DNA from: an uncultured Eubacteriales bacterium
GTDB lineage: Bacteria; Bacillota; Clostridia; Oscillospirales; Acutalibacteraceae
Length of the DNA stretch: 64,000 nt
Assembly: GCA_965145485.1 (NCBI GenBank)
Contig: CBCTCU010000001.1
Location: forward strand, 60,800 to 124,799
Reading direction: 5' to 3'
The first letter of the stretch is position 1, and each line of letters opens with the position of its first letter. Below, one piece after another: positions 10,112 to 19,705 of this stretch. The position numbers were made by a program, and so were the translations under genes. The notes beneath the pieces were generated by a model. It saw only the letters and a list, made by a program, of their open reading frames with translations. It was not told the DNA's origin and searched no databases.

Positions 10112-10300
10112 TTGACTTCTCCTCACGGTTTCTTTATACTATGCAGTGCCGGAATCAACGATAGGGTCTGCCATAGAGCGCAATCGTGCCTTTCCCTTAT
10201 TCGCAGTATTGCCCGTTGGGAGCTCAAGTCGGTTTTGGACGGTCGCCTGGAAAGCAAAAGGGCAGTTCTTCCACCCCGGAAGGTCTGCCCTATCTTCATA
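10112..10300 (+). promoter_or_regulatory. Promoter and structured 5' leader of ktrBA (possible c-di-AMP / ydaO-type riboswitch)
   Basis: TTGACT (10112-10117), a 17-nt spacer, then TATACT (10135-10140). The ~240-nt leader has two AATC-containing segments (CCGGAATC, GCGCAATC), a CCCGTTGGGAGCTCAAGTCGG segment that loosely resembles the ydaO core, and a terminator-like hairpin AGGGCAG...CTGCCCT (10258-10291). Potassium transporter genes are a classic context for this riboswitch. The match is by eye only. Confidence 0.4.
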
Positions 10301-10380
10301 GATTGCAGCCGCGCGGCTAGAAAAGATTCGCAGAGAAAGGGTGAAACGCTGACCTGTGCGCGGCATGTCAGTGACGACAC

Positions 10381-11685
10381 GTGAAACGATTTATTTTATC
10401 CATCAAAAAGCAGCCTCCCGGGCGGTTGATCGTAACCGGGTTTGCCCTGGTTATTTTGCTGGGGACGGCGCTTCTCCTGCTGCCTGTTTCGGTCAAAGAC
10501 GGCGCCTATGTCAGCTTTGTCGACGCCCTGTTTACCTCCACCAGCGCGGTGTGCGTCACCGGCTTGATCGCCATTGATGTTGCCGACCATTTCACTGCCT
10601 TTGGGCAGACGGTGGTTGCGGCGCTCATCCAAATCGGCGGGCTGGGTGTGACGTCGCTCGGCGTGGGGTTGATCCTTGCCGCCAGGAAGCGCGTGGGCAT
10701 CAAGGGGCGCGTTTTGGTCAAGGAATCCTGGAACGTCGACAATTTTAAGGGATCGGTCCGGCTGGTCAAGTCGGTGCTGTTGATGACCTTGTGCTTTGAG
10801 CTGGTGGGAATGGCCCTCAGCTTTATTGTGTTCATTCAGGATTTCCCGCTGCCGAAGGCCCTTGGGGTCAGCGCTTTTCACTCCATCGCGGCTTTTAACA
10901 ATTCCGGCTTTGACATATTGGGCGGATTGAGAAACCTGATACCCTATCAAGACGACGTTTTGCTCAACCTTACGACCTGTGGGCTGATCATCTTTGGCGG
11001 TTTGGGCTTTCTTGTTATTCTGGACGTTGTAAAAAAGCGCTCTTTTCGCAAGCTCACCCTGCATTCCAAGGTTGTCTTGACCACCACCCTGGTTCTGCTG
11101 GTGGTAGGGACGTTACTGCTCAAAGCCACCGAAGAGGTTTCCTGGCTCGGCGCATTTTTTCAGAGCGTATCGGCTAGAACGGCGGGATTTTCTACCTATC
11201 CCATCGGCCAATTCACCAATGCCGGCCTGTTTACTCTGATTGTTTTGATGTTCATCGGCGCTTCACCCGGATCGACGGGCGGCGGTATCAAAACCAGTAC
11301 CTTTTTCGTGCTGATGCAGCAGGTGCGAAGCCTGTTTAATAAAAAACATGTCGGCGCCTTTCGCCGCAGCATTTCGGAAGAGGTGGTTTCTAAGGCATTT
11401 ATCATTTCGCTGTTATCGGTGCTGCTGGTATGCATCGGCACTTTTCTGCTTTGCATCCTCGAGCCCGATTGCAGCTTTGTTCAATTGCTGTTTGAAGAGG
11501 TGTCGGCGTTTGGCACGGTCGGTTTGTCCACCGGCATTACCCCCTCTTTGCGCGACGCCAGTAAGCTGGTTTTGATATTCACCATGTTTGCCGGCAGGGT
11601 AGGTACCTTTACGTTGCTGTCGATCTGGATTGACCGCCCCGCCCCCAACGCCCATTATACCGAAGAGTCCATTACGATTGGATAA
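10381..11685 (+). CDS. ktrB: TrkH/KtrB-family potassium uptake membrane subunit
   Basis: 434-aa polytopic protein with repeated selectivity-filter-like GLG/GFS motifs (TSAVCVTGL, AFNNSGF, ARTAGFST, TVGLSTG). Followed 18 nt later by ktrA. Confidence 0.85.
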   Translation: MKRFILSIKKQPPGRLIVTGFALVILLGTALLLLPVSVKDGAYVSFVDALFTSTSAVCVTGLIAIDVADHFTAFGQTVVAALIQIGGLGVTSLGVGLILAARKRVGIKGRVLVKESWNVDNFKGSVRLVKSVLLMTLCFELVGMALSFIVFIQDFPLPKALGVSAFHSIAAFNNSGFDILGGLRNLIPYQDDVLLNLTTCGLIIFGGLGFLVILDVVKKRSFRKLTLHSKVVLTTTLVLLVVGTLLLKATEEVSWLGAFFQSVSARTAGFSTYPIGQFTNAGLFTLIVLMFIGASPGSTGGGIKTSTFFVLMQQVRSLFNKKHVGAFRRSISEEVVSKAFIISLLSVLLVCIGTFLLCILEPDCSFVQLLFEEVSAFGTVGLSTGITPSLRDASKLVLIFTMFAGRVGTFTLLSIWIDRPAPNAHYTEESITIG

Positions 11686-11703
11686 CAAATAGGAGGAAGC
11701 ATC

Positions 11704-12372
11704 ATGAAACGCAGGGATAACTCGGCAACCTTTGGAGTGATCGGATTGGGCCGGTTTGGCTCCGCTCTGGTAGAGTGCCTTTCCAAGGCGGATAAGGAAG
11801 TCATCGCCATCGACAAGGACGAATCCAGGGTCAAAGAGGCGCGCCGGTTTACCGATTTTGCCATGGTCGTCGAGTCGTTGGATCAGGATTCGCTCGAAGA
11901 GGTCGGCATGCAAAATTGCGATACCGTGGTCATTTGCATCGGCGAGCAGATGGACATCAGTATCTTGACGACCATGACGGTGTTAAAACTCAACGTACCC
12001 AATGTGATTGCAAAAGCCAACAGCGTCATCCACGGCGAAGTGCTCAAGCAGTTGGGCGCACGGGTGGTATATCCCGAAAGGGACATGGCCGTCCGCCTCG
12101 GCAAGGGATTGATTTACAATAGTTTCCTCGACTTTGTCACGTTAGAGGGCGATGCCGAGGTACGCAGGATTCAAGTTACCGACCAACTGATCGGCATTAC
12201 CATTCGTGAGGCTGATACCCGGCAAAAATACAATCTAAATATTATTGCAATTGAGCACAACCACCAGACCGATGTGGACTTTCCCTCAGAATACCGTTTC
12301 CAAGAAGGGGACGTGATCTGTGTAATCGGGCAGACGCCAAATATCGAGCGGTTTGAAAACGATATTCAGTGA
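11704..12372 (+). CDS. ktrA: TrkA/KtrA-family potassium uptake regulatory subunit (RCK domains)
   Basis: AGGAGG RBS. The RCK_N Rossmann motif is FGVIGLGRFGSALVECL, and there is a C-terminal RCK_C-like segment. Confidence 0.85.
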   Translation: MKRRDNSATFGVIGLGRFGSALVECLSKADKEVIAIDKDESRVKEARRFTDFAMVVESLDQDSLEEVGMQNCDTVVICIGEQMDISILTTMTVLKLNVPNVIAKANSVIHGEVLKQLGARVVYPERDMAVRLGKGLIYNSFLDFVTLEGDAEVRRIQVTDQLIGITIREADTRQKYNLNIIAIEHNHQTDVDFPSEYRFQEGDVICVIGQTPNIERFENDIQ

Positions 12373-12465
12373 TTCGATCCAAATAGGGGTAAGGAGCTTT
12401 CAGACAGCGTACCTCCGTTGCGAAGGCATCCACACTGCCCAACCGTGTGCGAAGGGAGTGGAGCA

Positions 12466-14307
12466 ATGCAGCTGCGTGAAAAACTTCAACGCGTTTTGCC
12501 GAAAGTGCAAAAGCCGGGAAGATACATTGGGGGGGAGCTCAATTCGGTCATCAAGGACCCCGCCGAGGTGGATATCCGTTTTGCCTTCTGTTTCCCGGAC
12601 ACCTACGAGATCGGCATGTCCCATCTGGGCATGAAAATTCTCTATGGCCTGCTTAACAGCCTGGACTATGTCTGGTGCGAGCGGGTGTTCGCCCCCTGGA
12701 CCGATATGGAGGAGCGCATGCGCGAGTTCTCCATCCCTCTGTTCGGGCTTGAGAGCCGCGACCCCATTGCCGGATTTGACTTTATCGGCTTTACCATGCA
12801 GTATGAGCTTAGCTATACCAATGTGCTGTACATGCTCGATCTCGCCGGGGTTCCCCTTGCATCAAAGGAGCGGGGGGAGGGCGACCCGATCGTGATCCTC
12901 GGCGGCCCGTGCGTCTGCAACCCCGAGCCGCTGGCGGATTTTGCCGACCTTGTCTCTCTGGGCGAGGGGGAGGAGGTGCTGCCCGAGGTCATGGAGCTTT
13001 ACCGCGCCTGTAAAAAGGAGGGGCGCTCCCGGGCCGAGTTCCTCCGCCGCTGCGCCGACATCCCGGGGATGTATGTGCCGGCTTTTTACGACGTGGCCTA
13101 TCGCGACGACGGCACGATCTCGTCGGTGACGCCGCGCGAGGGGGCGCCCGCCGTCGTGCAAAAGCGGATCGTGCGGGATCTAAATTCCATTTACTACCCC
13201 GAAACCTTTGTGGTGCCCTATCTCGATGTGGTGCACGACCGGGCCGTGCAGGAAATTTTCCGCGGATGCATCCGCGGCTGCCGGTTTTGCCAGGCCGGGT
13301 TTATCTACCGGCCGGTGCGGGCAAAGTCGGCGGATGTGGCCAACCGGCAGGCCAGGTCGCTGTGCGACACCACCGGTTACGACGAGGTGTCCCTATGCTC
13401 GCTGAGCACGAGCGATTACCGGCAGCTCAACCAGCTGCTGGAGCAGATGCTTGCCTGGACCGACGGCGACCATGTGAACATATCGCTGCCCTCGCTGCGC
13501 ATCGACAATTTTTCCAAAGAGCTTTTGCAAAAAATACATAGCGTGCGCAAAAGCGGGCTGACCTTTGCTCCCGAAGCCGGAACTCAGCGCATGCGGGATG
13601 TGATTAACAAAAACGTCACCGAGGAGGAAATCCTTGGTACCAGCCGGGTCGCTTTCGCGGGGGGGAATACCTCGGTCAAGCTCTATTTCATGCTGGGGCT
13701 GCCGACCGAGACGCTCGACGACGTCGCCGGTATCGCCCGGCTGGCGCAGAAGGTGGTGGATACCTTTTATGCCCTGCCCGAGCGTCCCAAGGGCAAGGGG
13801 GTCAACGTGTCCATCAGTGTGGCCACCTTTGTGCCCAAGCCCTTTACCCCCTTTCAATGGGAGCCCCAGGACGATATCGACACCATCGAGCAAAAGCAGG
13901 CCCACCTGGTCTCGCAGGTCAAAACGCGCAAGATCAGCGTCAGTTGGCACGATTCGGACGTCAGCTTCCTCGAGGGTGTGTTCGCACGGGGGGATCGCCG
14001 GCTGGGCGCGGTGCTTCGCGCCGCCTATGAAGCGGGCTGTTATTTTGACAGCTGGAGCGAGCGTTTTTCGCTTGAGTGCTGGATGGAGGCTTTCGCCCAA
14101 TGCGGGATCGACCCTGCCTTTTACAACCAGCGCAGGCGAAGCTACGACGAGGTGCTGCCGTGGGATCACCTCGACTACGGCATTCGCAAGGAGTTTTTGG
14201 TGCGCGAGAGCGAGCGGGCCCGTTTGGGCGTTACGACCCAAAACTGCTTTGAGCAGTGCGCCGGCTGCGGTGCGGACCGGCTGGACAAGGAGGCGTGCCA
14301 TGGTTGA
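12466..14307 (+). CDS. B12-binding-domain radical SAM protein (TIGR03960-type, uncharacterised family)
   Basis: The radical SAM cluster motif CIRGCRFCQAG is present. The N-terminus MQLREKLQRVLPKVQKPGRYIGGELN is typical of this family. ATG 12466 is preferred over the ORF-track start 12418. Confidence 0.8.
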   Translation: MQLREKLQRVLPKVQKPGRYIGGELNSVIKDPAEVDIRFAFCFPDTYEIGMSHLGMKILYGLLNSLDYVWCERVFAPWTDMEERMREFSIPLFGLESRDPIAGFDFIGFTMQYELSYTNVLYMLDLAGVPLASKERGEGDPIVILGGPCVCNPEPLADFADLVSLGEGEEVLPEVMELYRACKKEGRSRAEFLRRCADIPGMYVPAFYDVAYRDDGTISSVTPREGAPAVVQKRIVRDLNSIYYPETFVVPYLDVVHDRAVQEIFRGCIRGCRFCQAGFIYRPVRAKSADVANRQARSLCDTTGYDEVSLCSLSTSDYRQLNQLLEQMLAWTDGDHVNISLPSLRIDNFSKELLQKIHSVRKSGLTFAPEAGTQRMRDVINKNVTEEEILGTSRVAFAGGNTSVKLYFMLGLPTETLDDVAGIARLAQKVVDTFYALPERPKGKGVNVSISVATFVPKPFTPFQWEPQDDIDTIEQKQAHLVSQVKTRKISVSWHDSDVSFLEGVFARGDRRLGAVLRAAYEAGCYFDSWSERFSLECWMEAFAQCGIDPAFYNQRRRSYDEVLPWDHLDYGIRKEFLVRESERARLGVTTQNCFEQCAGCGADRLDKEACHG

Positions 14308-14947
14308 CCTGCGTCTGTGGTTTCAAAAGCGGGCCGACGCCCGCTATATTTCCCATCTCGATTTGAGCCGGTGCATGCAGCGGGCGCTCAAGCGCTCCGG
14401 GCTGCCGGTTTGGTACACCGAGGGGTTTCATCCCCATGCCTACGTTACCTTTGCCCTCCCTTTGTCGTTGGGGCAGGAAAGCCTGTGCGAGATCATGGAT
14501 TTCCGCCTGTCGCAGGAGCGGTCGATGGAGGAGGTGCTCTCCGCCCTCTCCAGGGCTTTGCCGCCCGATCTTCCGGCGGTGCGGTGCGCCCCTCCAGTGA
14601 AAAAAACGAAAGAGATTGCCAGCGCGGCTTACGCTGTGATTTTTCCGGGATACGCCGCCAGCCTTGAGCGACTTGCGGAGTTTGTGCGGTTGCCGTCGGT
14701 CTTGGTAACCAAAAAAGGGAAAAAAGGAGGGGAGAAAGAAGTGGACGTCGCCCCCTATCTCTCTACGGCGGCCTGCCGTGTAGAGGGGGACGATCTTCTG
14801 CTGAATACCGTCCTGCCGGCCGGCAGCGATCAAACGGTGAATCCATCCCTCATTGTCGGCGCTTTGGAGAAAGCGTGGGGGGAGGACACCGGAAGCCGCA
14901 TTGTCCGTCTGTCCGTTCTGGACAAAGACGGGCGGGATTTTTGCTAG
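14300..14947 (+). CDS. Radical SAM-associated protein (TIGR03936 / DUF2344-type)
   Basis: MVDLRLWFQKRADARYISHLDLSRCMQRALKRSGLPVWYTEGFHPHAYVTFALPLSLG. ATG 14300 overlaps the preceding stop by 8 nt. Only the C-terminal part of ORF 13634..14947 is real. Confidence 0.8.
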   Translation: MVDLRLWFQKRADARYISHLDLSRCMQRALKRSGLPVWYTEGFHPHAYVTFALPLSLGQESLCEIMDFRLSQERSMEEVLSALSRALPPDLPAVRCAPPVKKTKEIASAAYAVIFPGYAASLERLAEFVRLPSVLVTKKGKKGGEKEVDVAPYLSTAACRVEGDDLLLNTVLPAGSDQTVNPSLIVGALEKAWGEDTGSRIVRLSVLDKDGRDFC

Positions 14948-14998
14948 ACAACCCTTTTTCGGGAACGGTTTCCCGTCATTTGAAAGGAGGCAGACACC

Positions 14999-16372
14999 AT
15001 GAAAATCAAAACCTATCTTGCCAGCGAATGCGGGGCAAAGCTCGACAGCAATGTCATTTCCGGCGGCGGCACCGACGATACCGCGGCCATCCAGGCGATT
15101 CTTGACCGCGCCAGGGATTCGGCCGAGGGGGTGCGGCTGATTGTCGACGGCGCCGCCCTTATACGGGGGCTTACGGTTTATTCCAACACCACCATCGAGT
15201 GCTTGAGCGCATCGTGCGGATTTTATCTGATGGATCAGTCCAACTGCGCGCTCGTTTCCAACGGCAACCAGCGGCGCAAGGGGGAGATTGTGGACGAGAA
15301 TATCTGCCTGATCGGCGGAACCTACAACCAGAATTGCCCCAATCAGGTGCACGACATCCCCAGAGATGATCTCAGCGGGTTTTACAAGAATTTCGATATC
15401 CCCGGTATGGCCCCCTCCACCGATCTGGTTGTGGCTATGTTTTTTGTCGGCGTGCGCGGTTTGACTTTGCGGGATCTGGTCATCCGGGATCAGCGCACCT
15501 ATGCCGCCGCTTTGAGCAACTGGGAGCATGTCCGGGTGGAGAATGTTGAGATTCAGTTGCCCAACCGGGTGCATGCGCAGAATCAGGACGGTTTTCATTT
15601 CTTTGGGCCGGGCCGCTTCCTGGATGTGCGCAACGTCAGCGGACGTACCAGCGATGACTTTATCGCCCTGGCCCCCGACGAGCTGGACGGGGAGTCGGCC
15701 ATCACCGACGTGTCGATCGATGGGGTGCACCTGGACGACGCCGATCAGGCGATTCGTATGCTGTGCCATAAAAACGGGGTGCTCGACCGGGTGGTCATCA
15801 GGAATGTGACCGGCACCTACCGCTCCTTTGGCTTCTTCATCAATCCCTTTTTCCCCAGCGGGGTAGGGGAGGGCTGCGGCTACCGAAATATCGTCATCGA
15901 CACGGTCGACCTGCGCTCCAATGGGTTGGATTACGACTACACGCCGCCCTTCCTGTTCCGTGTGGGCGGGCGGGTTGACAGCCTGGTTTTGCGCAACATC
16001 ACCCACTACTGCCCGGGAGACGACCGGCCGGTGCTGGACGTCGGCCTTCAGTATTATCAGGATACGGTGGAGGTTCGGCCGGGCAATGAGACGAGGGTGA
16101 TGAATCTGGTGCTCGACGGCCTCAACGTCATCCGAAAGGCGGATTCGGCCTGCGGCGATCTGGTCGTTGCACGCCGCTGCAAAGTGCAAAACCTGCTGCT
16201 GCGCAATATCAATGTGGTCGACCAGGCCGGGCCGCGCGGCGCTTTGGTGCGGCTGGAGCAGGGCGCCGAGGTCGCGCGCCTGCGGATCGACGAAGTGGAT
16301 GGCGGCGGATTGGAGACCCTGCTTCGCAACGAGGGAGGCCAGGCGGAGACCGTCCTGCTGCCCAACGGCTAG
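14999..16372 (+). CDS. Right-handed beta-helix protein, glycoside hydrolase family 28 / pectate-lyase-superfamily-like, no signal peptide
   Basis: AAAGGAGG RBS. The N-terminal GGGTDDTAAIQAILDRA motif is present. NQDGFHF and SDDFIAL resemble the GH28 catalytic NTDG / GDDCIA motifs. Confidence 0.6.
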   Translation: MKIKTYLASECGAKLDSNVISGGGTDDTAAIQAILDRARDSAEGVRLIVDGAALIRGLTVYSNTTIECLSASCGFYLMDQSNCALVSNGNQRRKGEIVDENICLIGGTYNQNCPNQVHDIPRDDLSGFYKNFDIPGMAPSTDLVVAMFFVGVRGLTLRDLVIRDQRTYAAALSNWEHVRVENVEIQLPNRVHAQNQDGFHFFGPGRFLDVRNVSGRTSDDFIALAPDELDGESAITDVSIDGVHLDDADQAIRMLCHKNGVLDRVVIRNVTGTYRSFGFFINPFFPSGVGEGCGYRNIVIDTVDLRSNGLDYDYTPPFLFRVGGRVDSLVLRNITHYCPGDDRPVLDVGLQYYQDTVEVRPGNETRVMNLVLDGLNVIRKADSACGDLVVARRCKVQNLLLRNINVVDQAGPRGALVRLEQGAEVARLRIDEVDGGGLETLLRNEGGQAETVLLPNG

Positions 16373-16503
16373 GCCGTGCGCATGCCTCGCGCATCGGTAT
16401 ACAATGGCGAAGCACAGCTTCAAGACAGGCCCGGTTTGTCCCATCGGGCCGCGGCTCTGTCTCCCGCGGATGCCGGGGATGGCCGGCGGCTTTAAAATAG
16501 GGC

Positions 16504-16658
16504 TTGCAAAACGCGGATAAATGTGGTACTATATGAAAGCATTTAATGTTCCGCCGGCCCCCCGGCGAGGTAAGTGCCGGCCCAATCGGGCCAGACATGA
16601 TACTGGGCAGTCCGCTGCCGCAAGGTACGAATGCCTGTAAATAACAGGAGGATGTTGT
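16504..16658 (+). promoter_or_regulatory. Promoter and leader of rplS (L19-leader-like)
   Basis: TTGCAA (16504-16509), a 17-nt spacer, then TACTAT (16527-16532). A GC-rich structured leader of about 125 nt precedes the AGGAGG RBS of rplS. Confidence 0.45.
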
Positions 16659-17003
16659 ATGGATGCAGTCAAAGCTTTGAGCGCGGGCCAGATCCGCGAG
16701 GATGCTCCCGCGGTCGTCATCGGCGATACCGTGCGGGTGCATGTGAAAATCCGCGAGGGTGACCGCGAGAGGATTCAGGTCTTTGAGGGTACGATCATCG
16801 CCCGCAGCGGCAGCGGTATTTCCGAGACCTTTACGGTGCGCCGCGTGTCGTATGGCGTGGGCGTCGAGCGTGTTTTCCCGGTGCATTCGCCCAACGTGGC
16901 CAAGGTTGAGACGGTGCGCAAGGGCCGTGTCCGCCGCAGCAAGCTCTACTACCTGCGCGACCGTGTGGGTAAGGCGGCCAAAGTCAAAGAGCAGCACAGA
17001 TAA
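16659..17003 (+). CDS. rplS: 50S ribosomal protein L19
   Basis: [57 protein letters not shown]. Confidence 0.95.
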   Translation: MDAVKALSAGQIREDAPAVVIGDTVRVHVKIREGDRERIQVFEGTIIARSGSGISETFTVRRVSYGVGVERVFPVHSPNVAKVETVRKGRVRRSKLYYLRDRVGKAAKVKEQHR

Positions 17004-17074
17004 CACACCGGAAAAGGGGCATGGGATGTCCCTTTTTCTGTATACAAAATCTTTTTAGAAATCAGGTGCGGTCG

Positions 17075-17668
17075 ATGAGCCGGGATACAAAAAGCATAAG
17101 CGGGGCGAAGCTGCCGCGGTACGTTGGGGAAATGGTCGACTGGCTGGACGCCATGGTGGTCACCATCTTCTGCATCGTGCTGATCTTTACCTTTGCTTTC
17201 CGCATGGTGGGGGTGGAGGGTACTTCCATGCTGCAAACCCTGCAAAACGGCGACAAGGTGGTGCTGTCCAATCTGTTTTACACCCCGGCGAAGGGGGACA
17301 TTGTGGTCATCTCCAGAACCAACCAGCAATTCCAGAATGGCGATACCCCCGAGCCGCTGATCAAGCGCATTATCGCGCTGGCAGGGGATACGGTCGATTT
17401 GCGCGACGGTCTGGTTTACGTCAACGACGAGCCCATCGACGAGCCCTATCTTGAGGATGGCACCCTGACTGAGCCGCGCAGCTTCAATGGAATTACGTTC
17501 CCGGTTGAGGTCCCAGAGGGACATGCTTTCGTGCTGGGGGATAATCGTGAGGTTTCCAAAGACAGTCGCAGCGCCGATGTGGGTATGGTCGATACTCACT
17601 ATATTTTGGGCAAGGCTGTGTTACGGGTGTGGCCCTTCTCCTCGTTTGAGGTGATCCGGCATGGATGA
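17075..17668 (+). CDS. lepB: Signal peptidase I
   Basis: Catalytic Ser box GTSMLQTL, Lys box KRIIALAGDTV, and the GDNREVSKDSR box, after an N-terminal TM segment. ATG 17075 is preferred; ATG 17021 is the alternative. Confidence 0.88.
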   Translation: MSRDTKSISGAKLPRYVGEMVDWLDAMVVTIFCIVLIFTFAFRMVGVEGTSMLQTLQNGDKVVLSNLFYTPAKGDIVVISRTNQQFQNGDTPEPLIKRIIALAGDTVDLRDGLVYVNDEPIDEPYLEDGTLTEPRSFNGITFPVEVPEGHAFVLGDNREVSKDSRSADVGMVDTHYILGKAVLRVWPFSSFEVIRHG

Positions 17669-18641
17669 GCCGGTCAGCATTCAGTGGTTCCCGGGGCACA
17701 TGGCAAAAACCCGGCGGCTGATCGCAGAAAGCTTAAAATTAGTGGACGCTGTCGCTGAAATTATTGACGCTAGAATACCCGTCAGCAGCCGTAACCCGGA
17801 GCTGGCGGGCATTGTTGCGCAAAAGCCTAGGCTGATTTTAATGAATAAGGCCGACGCCGCCGACCCAGCCGCCACCCAGCGATGGCTGGCGGCCTACCGG
17901 GCCGAGGGGGTTCCAGCGCTTGCGGTCGACTGCCGTTCGGGCCGCGGGCTGTCGGGTTTTTTGCCCCTGGTGCGTGAGCTGCTCCGCCCCCGTTTGGATC
18001 AGCTCAAAGCCAAGGGAATGGCCGGCCGGCCGCTGCGGATCATGGTGGTTGGCATTCCCAACGCGGGCAAATCCTCTTTTATCAACCGTATGGCCGGCGC
18101 CAGCCGCGCCAAAGTGGCGGACCGGCCGGGTGTGACCCGTGGCAACCAGTGGGTGAGCGCCGGCAAGGGGGTCGAGCTGCTGGATACGGCCGGGGTGCTT
18201 TGGCCGAAATTTGACGATCCCCTGGTGGGGGAGCATCTTGCCTTTACCGGCGCGGTGAAGGATGTGGTCATGGATGTGGAGCTGCTTGCCGCCCGCCTGC
18301 TGGTTTTGCTGGCCGGGCAGTACCCTGAAAGCCTGCTTGCGCGCTACAAGGTGGATGTGGCGGCCCTGGCAGCAACGGGGGATAGCGGCACCGCCGACTC
18401 CGGGGCGCAGGACACGCAGCCGGTGGTGCCCGAGGGTGCTGCCCTGCTGGAGGAGGTGGGCCGGCGGCGTGGGATGCTGCTGCCAGGCGGGGTGATCGAT
18501 ACCGAGCGCGCCGCCGTCATGGTGCTCGATGAGTTCCGTGGGGGGCTGCTCGGCCGTTTTACCCTGGAGCTACCGCCGGGGCCTGTAACCGGGGCCGGGC
18601 AGGAGAAAAACGCCCCGTCTTCCGGCGCGCCGCCGCGTTAA
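17661..18641 (+). CDS. rbgA: Ribosome biogenesis GTPase A (YlqF/RbgA)
   Basis: IQWFPGHMAKTRR start. The circularly permuted GTPase motifs NKAD...GIPNAGKSSFIN...DTAG are present. It occupies the conserved position after lepB. Confidence 0.9.
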   Translation: MDEPVSIQWFPGHMAKTRRLIAESLKLVDAVAEIIDARIPVSSRNPELAGIVAQKPRLILMNKADAADPAATQRWLAAYRAEGVPALAVDCRSGRGLSGFLPLVRELLRPRLDQLKAKGMAGRPLRIMVVGIPNAGKSSFINRMAGASRAKVADRPGVTRGNQWVSAGKGVELLDTAGVLWPKFDDPLVGEHLAFTGAVKDVVMDVELLAARLLVLLAGQYPESLLARYKVDVAALAATGDSGTADSGAQDTQPVVPEGAALLEEVGRRRGMLLPGGVIDTERAAVMVLDEFRGGLLGRFTLELPPGPVTGAGQEKNAPSSGAPPR

Positions 18642-18698
18642 CGTCCCTTGCAGGATAGGGCCGAATGAGAATCGTGATTGGGAAAGGCTGGTGGGCCG

Positions 18699-19325
18699 AT
18701 GGTCTCGCTGGAATATGAGGATCGCGCCCGGCTCGATGGCTATCGCTATGTTTGCGGGGTGGACGAGGCGGGCCGGGGGCCGTTGGCCGGCCCGGTCTGC
18801 GCGGCCGCAGTCATTTTACCACAGGGCTGCGTGATCGGGGGGCTGGACGACTCCAAAAAGCTGACCGAGAAAAAGAGGGACGCGCTGTATGACGTGATTC
18901 GAGAGCGGGCGCTGGCCTATGGTGTGGGTATGGCGAGCGAGGGGGAGATCGATCAGCTCAACATCCTCAACGCGACCTTTCTGGCTATGAAGCGGGCGGT
19001 CGACGCCTTGTCCCCGGCGGCGGATTACGCCCTGGTGGACGGCAACCGCATACCGACCACCCTTGCCATCCCCTCCCTTTGCCTTGTCAAAGGGGATGGG
19101 ATATCCGCCTCCATCGCCGCCGCCTCGGTGCTGGCCAAGGTAACACGGGACCGCTATATGCTCGAGTTAGACCGGCAGTACCCGCAATATCAGTTTGCGA
19201 GACACAAGGGATATCCCACGGCGCTGCATCGCTCTCTGGTCGTGCAATACGGCCCTTCGCCGGTGCACCGCCAGAGCTTCCTGTCGAAAATCCTTCCAAC
19301 CGGCAAGGGGGATACGGGGGCATGA
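18699..19325 (+). CDS. rnhB: Ribonuclease HII
   Basis: VCGVDEAGRGPLAGPV, DDSKKL and DGN motifs. Confidence 0.9.
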   Translation: MVSLEYEDRARLDGYRYVCGVDEAGRGPLAGPVCAAAVILPQGCVIGGLDDSKKLTEKKRDALYDVIRERALAYGVGMASEGEIDQLNILNATFLAMKRAVDALSPAADYALVDGNRIPTTLAIPSLCLVKGDGISASIAAASVLAKVTRDRYMLELDRQYPQYQFARHKGYPTALHRSLVVQYGPSPVHRQSFLSKILPTGKGDTGA

Positions 19326-19705
19326 GCAGCCGGTCGCAGGGGCAGCTCGGCGAGCTGGAGGCGGCTAGGTACCTGCGCTCGATCGGGTACGAGATCGTGG
19401 CGGCCAACTATCGCTGCCGGTTCGGCGAAATTGATATCATCGCCCTCGACGGGAAGACCACCGTTTTTGTCGAGGTCAAAACCCGCAGTCCGGATGCTTT
19501 GGTACGCCCCCTCGAGGCAGTGACCCGCCAAAAGCAGCAGCGGCTGTGCAAAGCGGCGCTGCATTACCTCGCGCAGCACAAAGGCTGTGAGACCCTCCGC
19601 TTTGACGTTGTCGAGGTGACGGCCGGCGGTTCTTTTCCCGCGCCCGCGCGCATACATCATATTAAGCATGCGTTTGAAGCGGGGGAGAATGGTGCGTTTT
19701 TTTGA
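19322..19705 (+). CDS. yraN: YraN-family (UPF0102) endonuclease-like protein
   Basis: GELEAARYLRSIGYEIVAANYRCRFGEIDIIALDGKTTVFVEVKTR. ATGA overlap with the rnhB stop. Confidence 0.88.
   Translation: MSSRSQGQLGELEAARYLRSIGYEIVAANYRCRFGEIDIIALDGKTTVFVEVKTRSPDALVRPLEAVTRQKQQRLCKAALHYLAQHKGCETLRFDVVEVTAGGSFPAPARIHHIKHAFEAGENGAFF

Noticed and set aside
13634-14299. N-terminal 222 codons of ORF 13634..14947
   Set aside because: This part overlaps the radical SAM gene out of frame and is Pro/Arg/Ser-rich. Only the part from ATG 14300 onward matches the DUF2344-type family.
14231-16444. 737-aa minus-strand ORF, the longest ORF in this part of the track
   Set aside because: It is antisense to three well-supported plus-strand genes (the radical SAM partner, the beta-helix protein and upstream sequence). 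Its product is low-complexity and rich in Gly, Ala, Arg and Pro, with no RBS. This is a typical shadow ORF in high-GC DNA.
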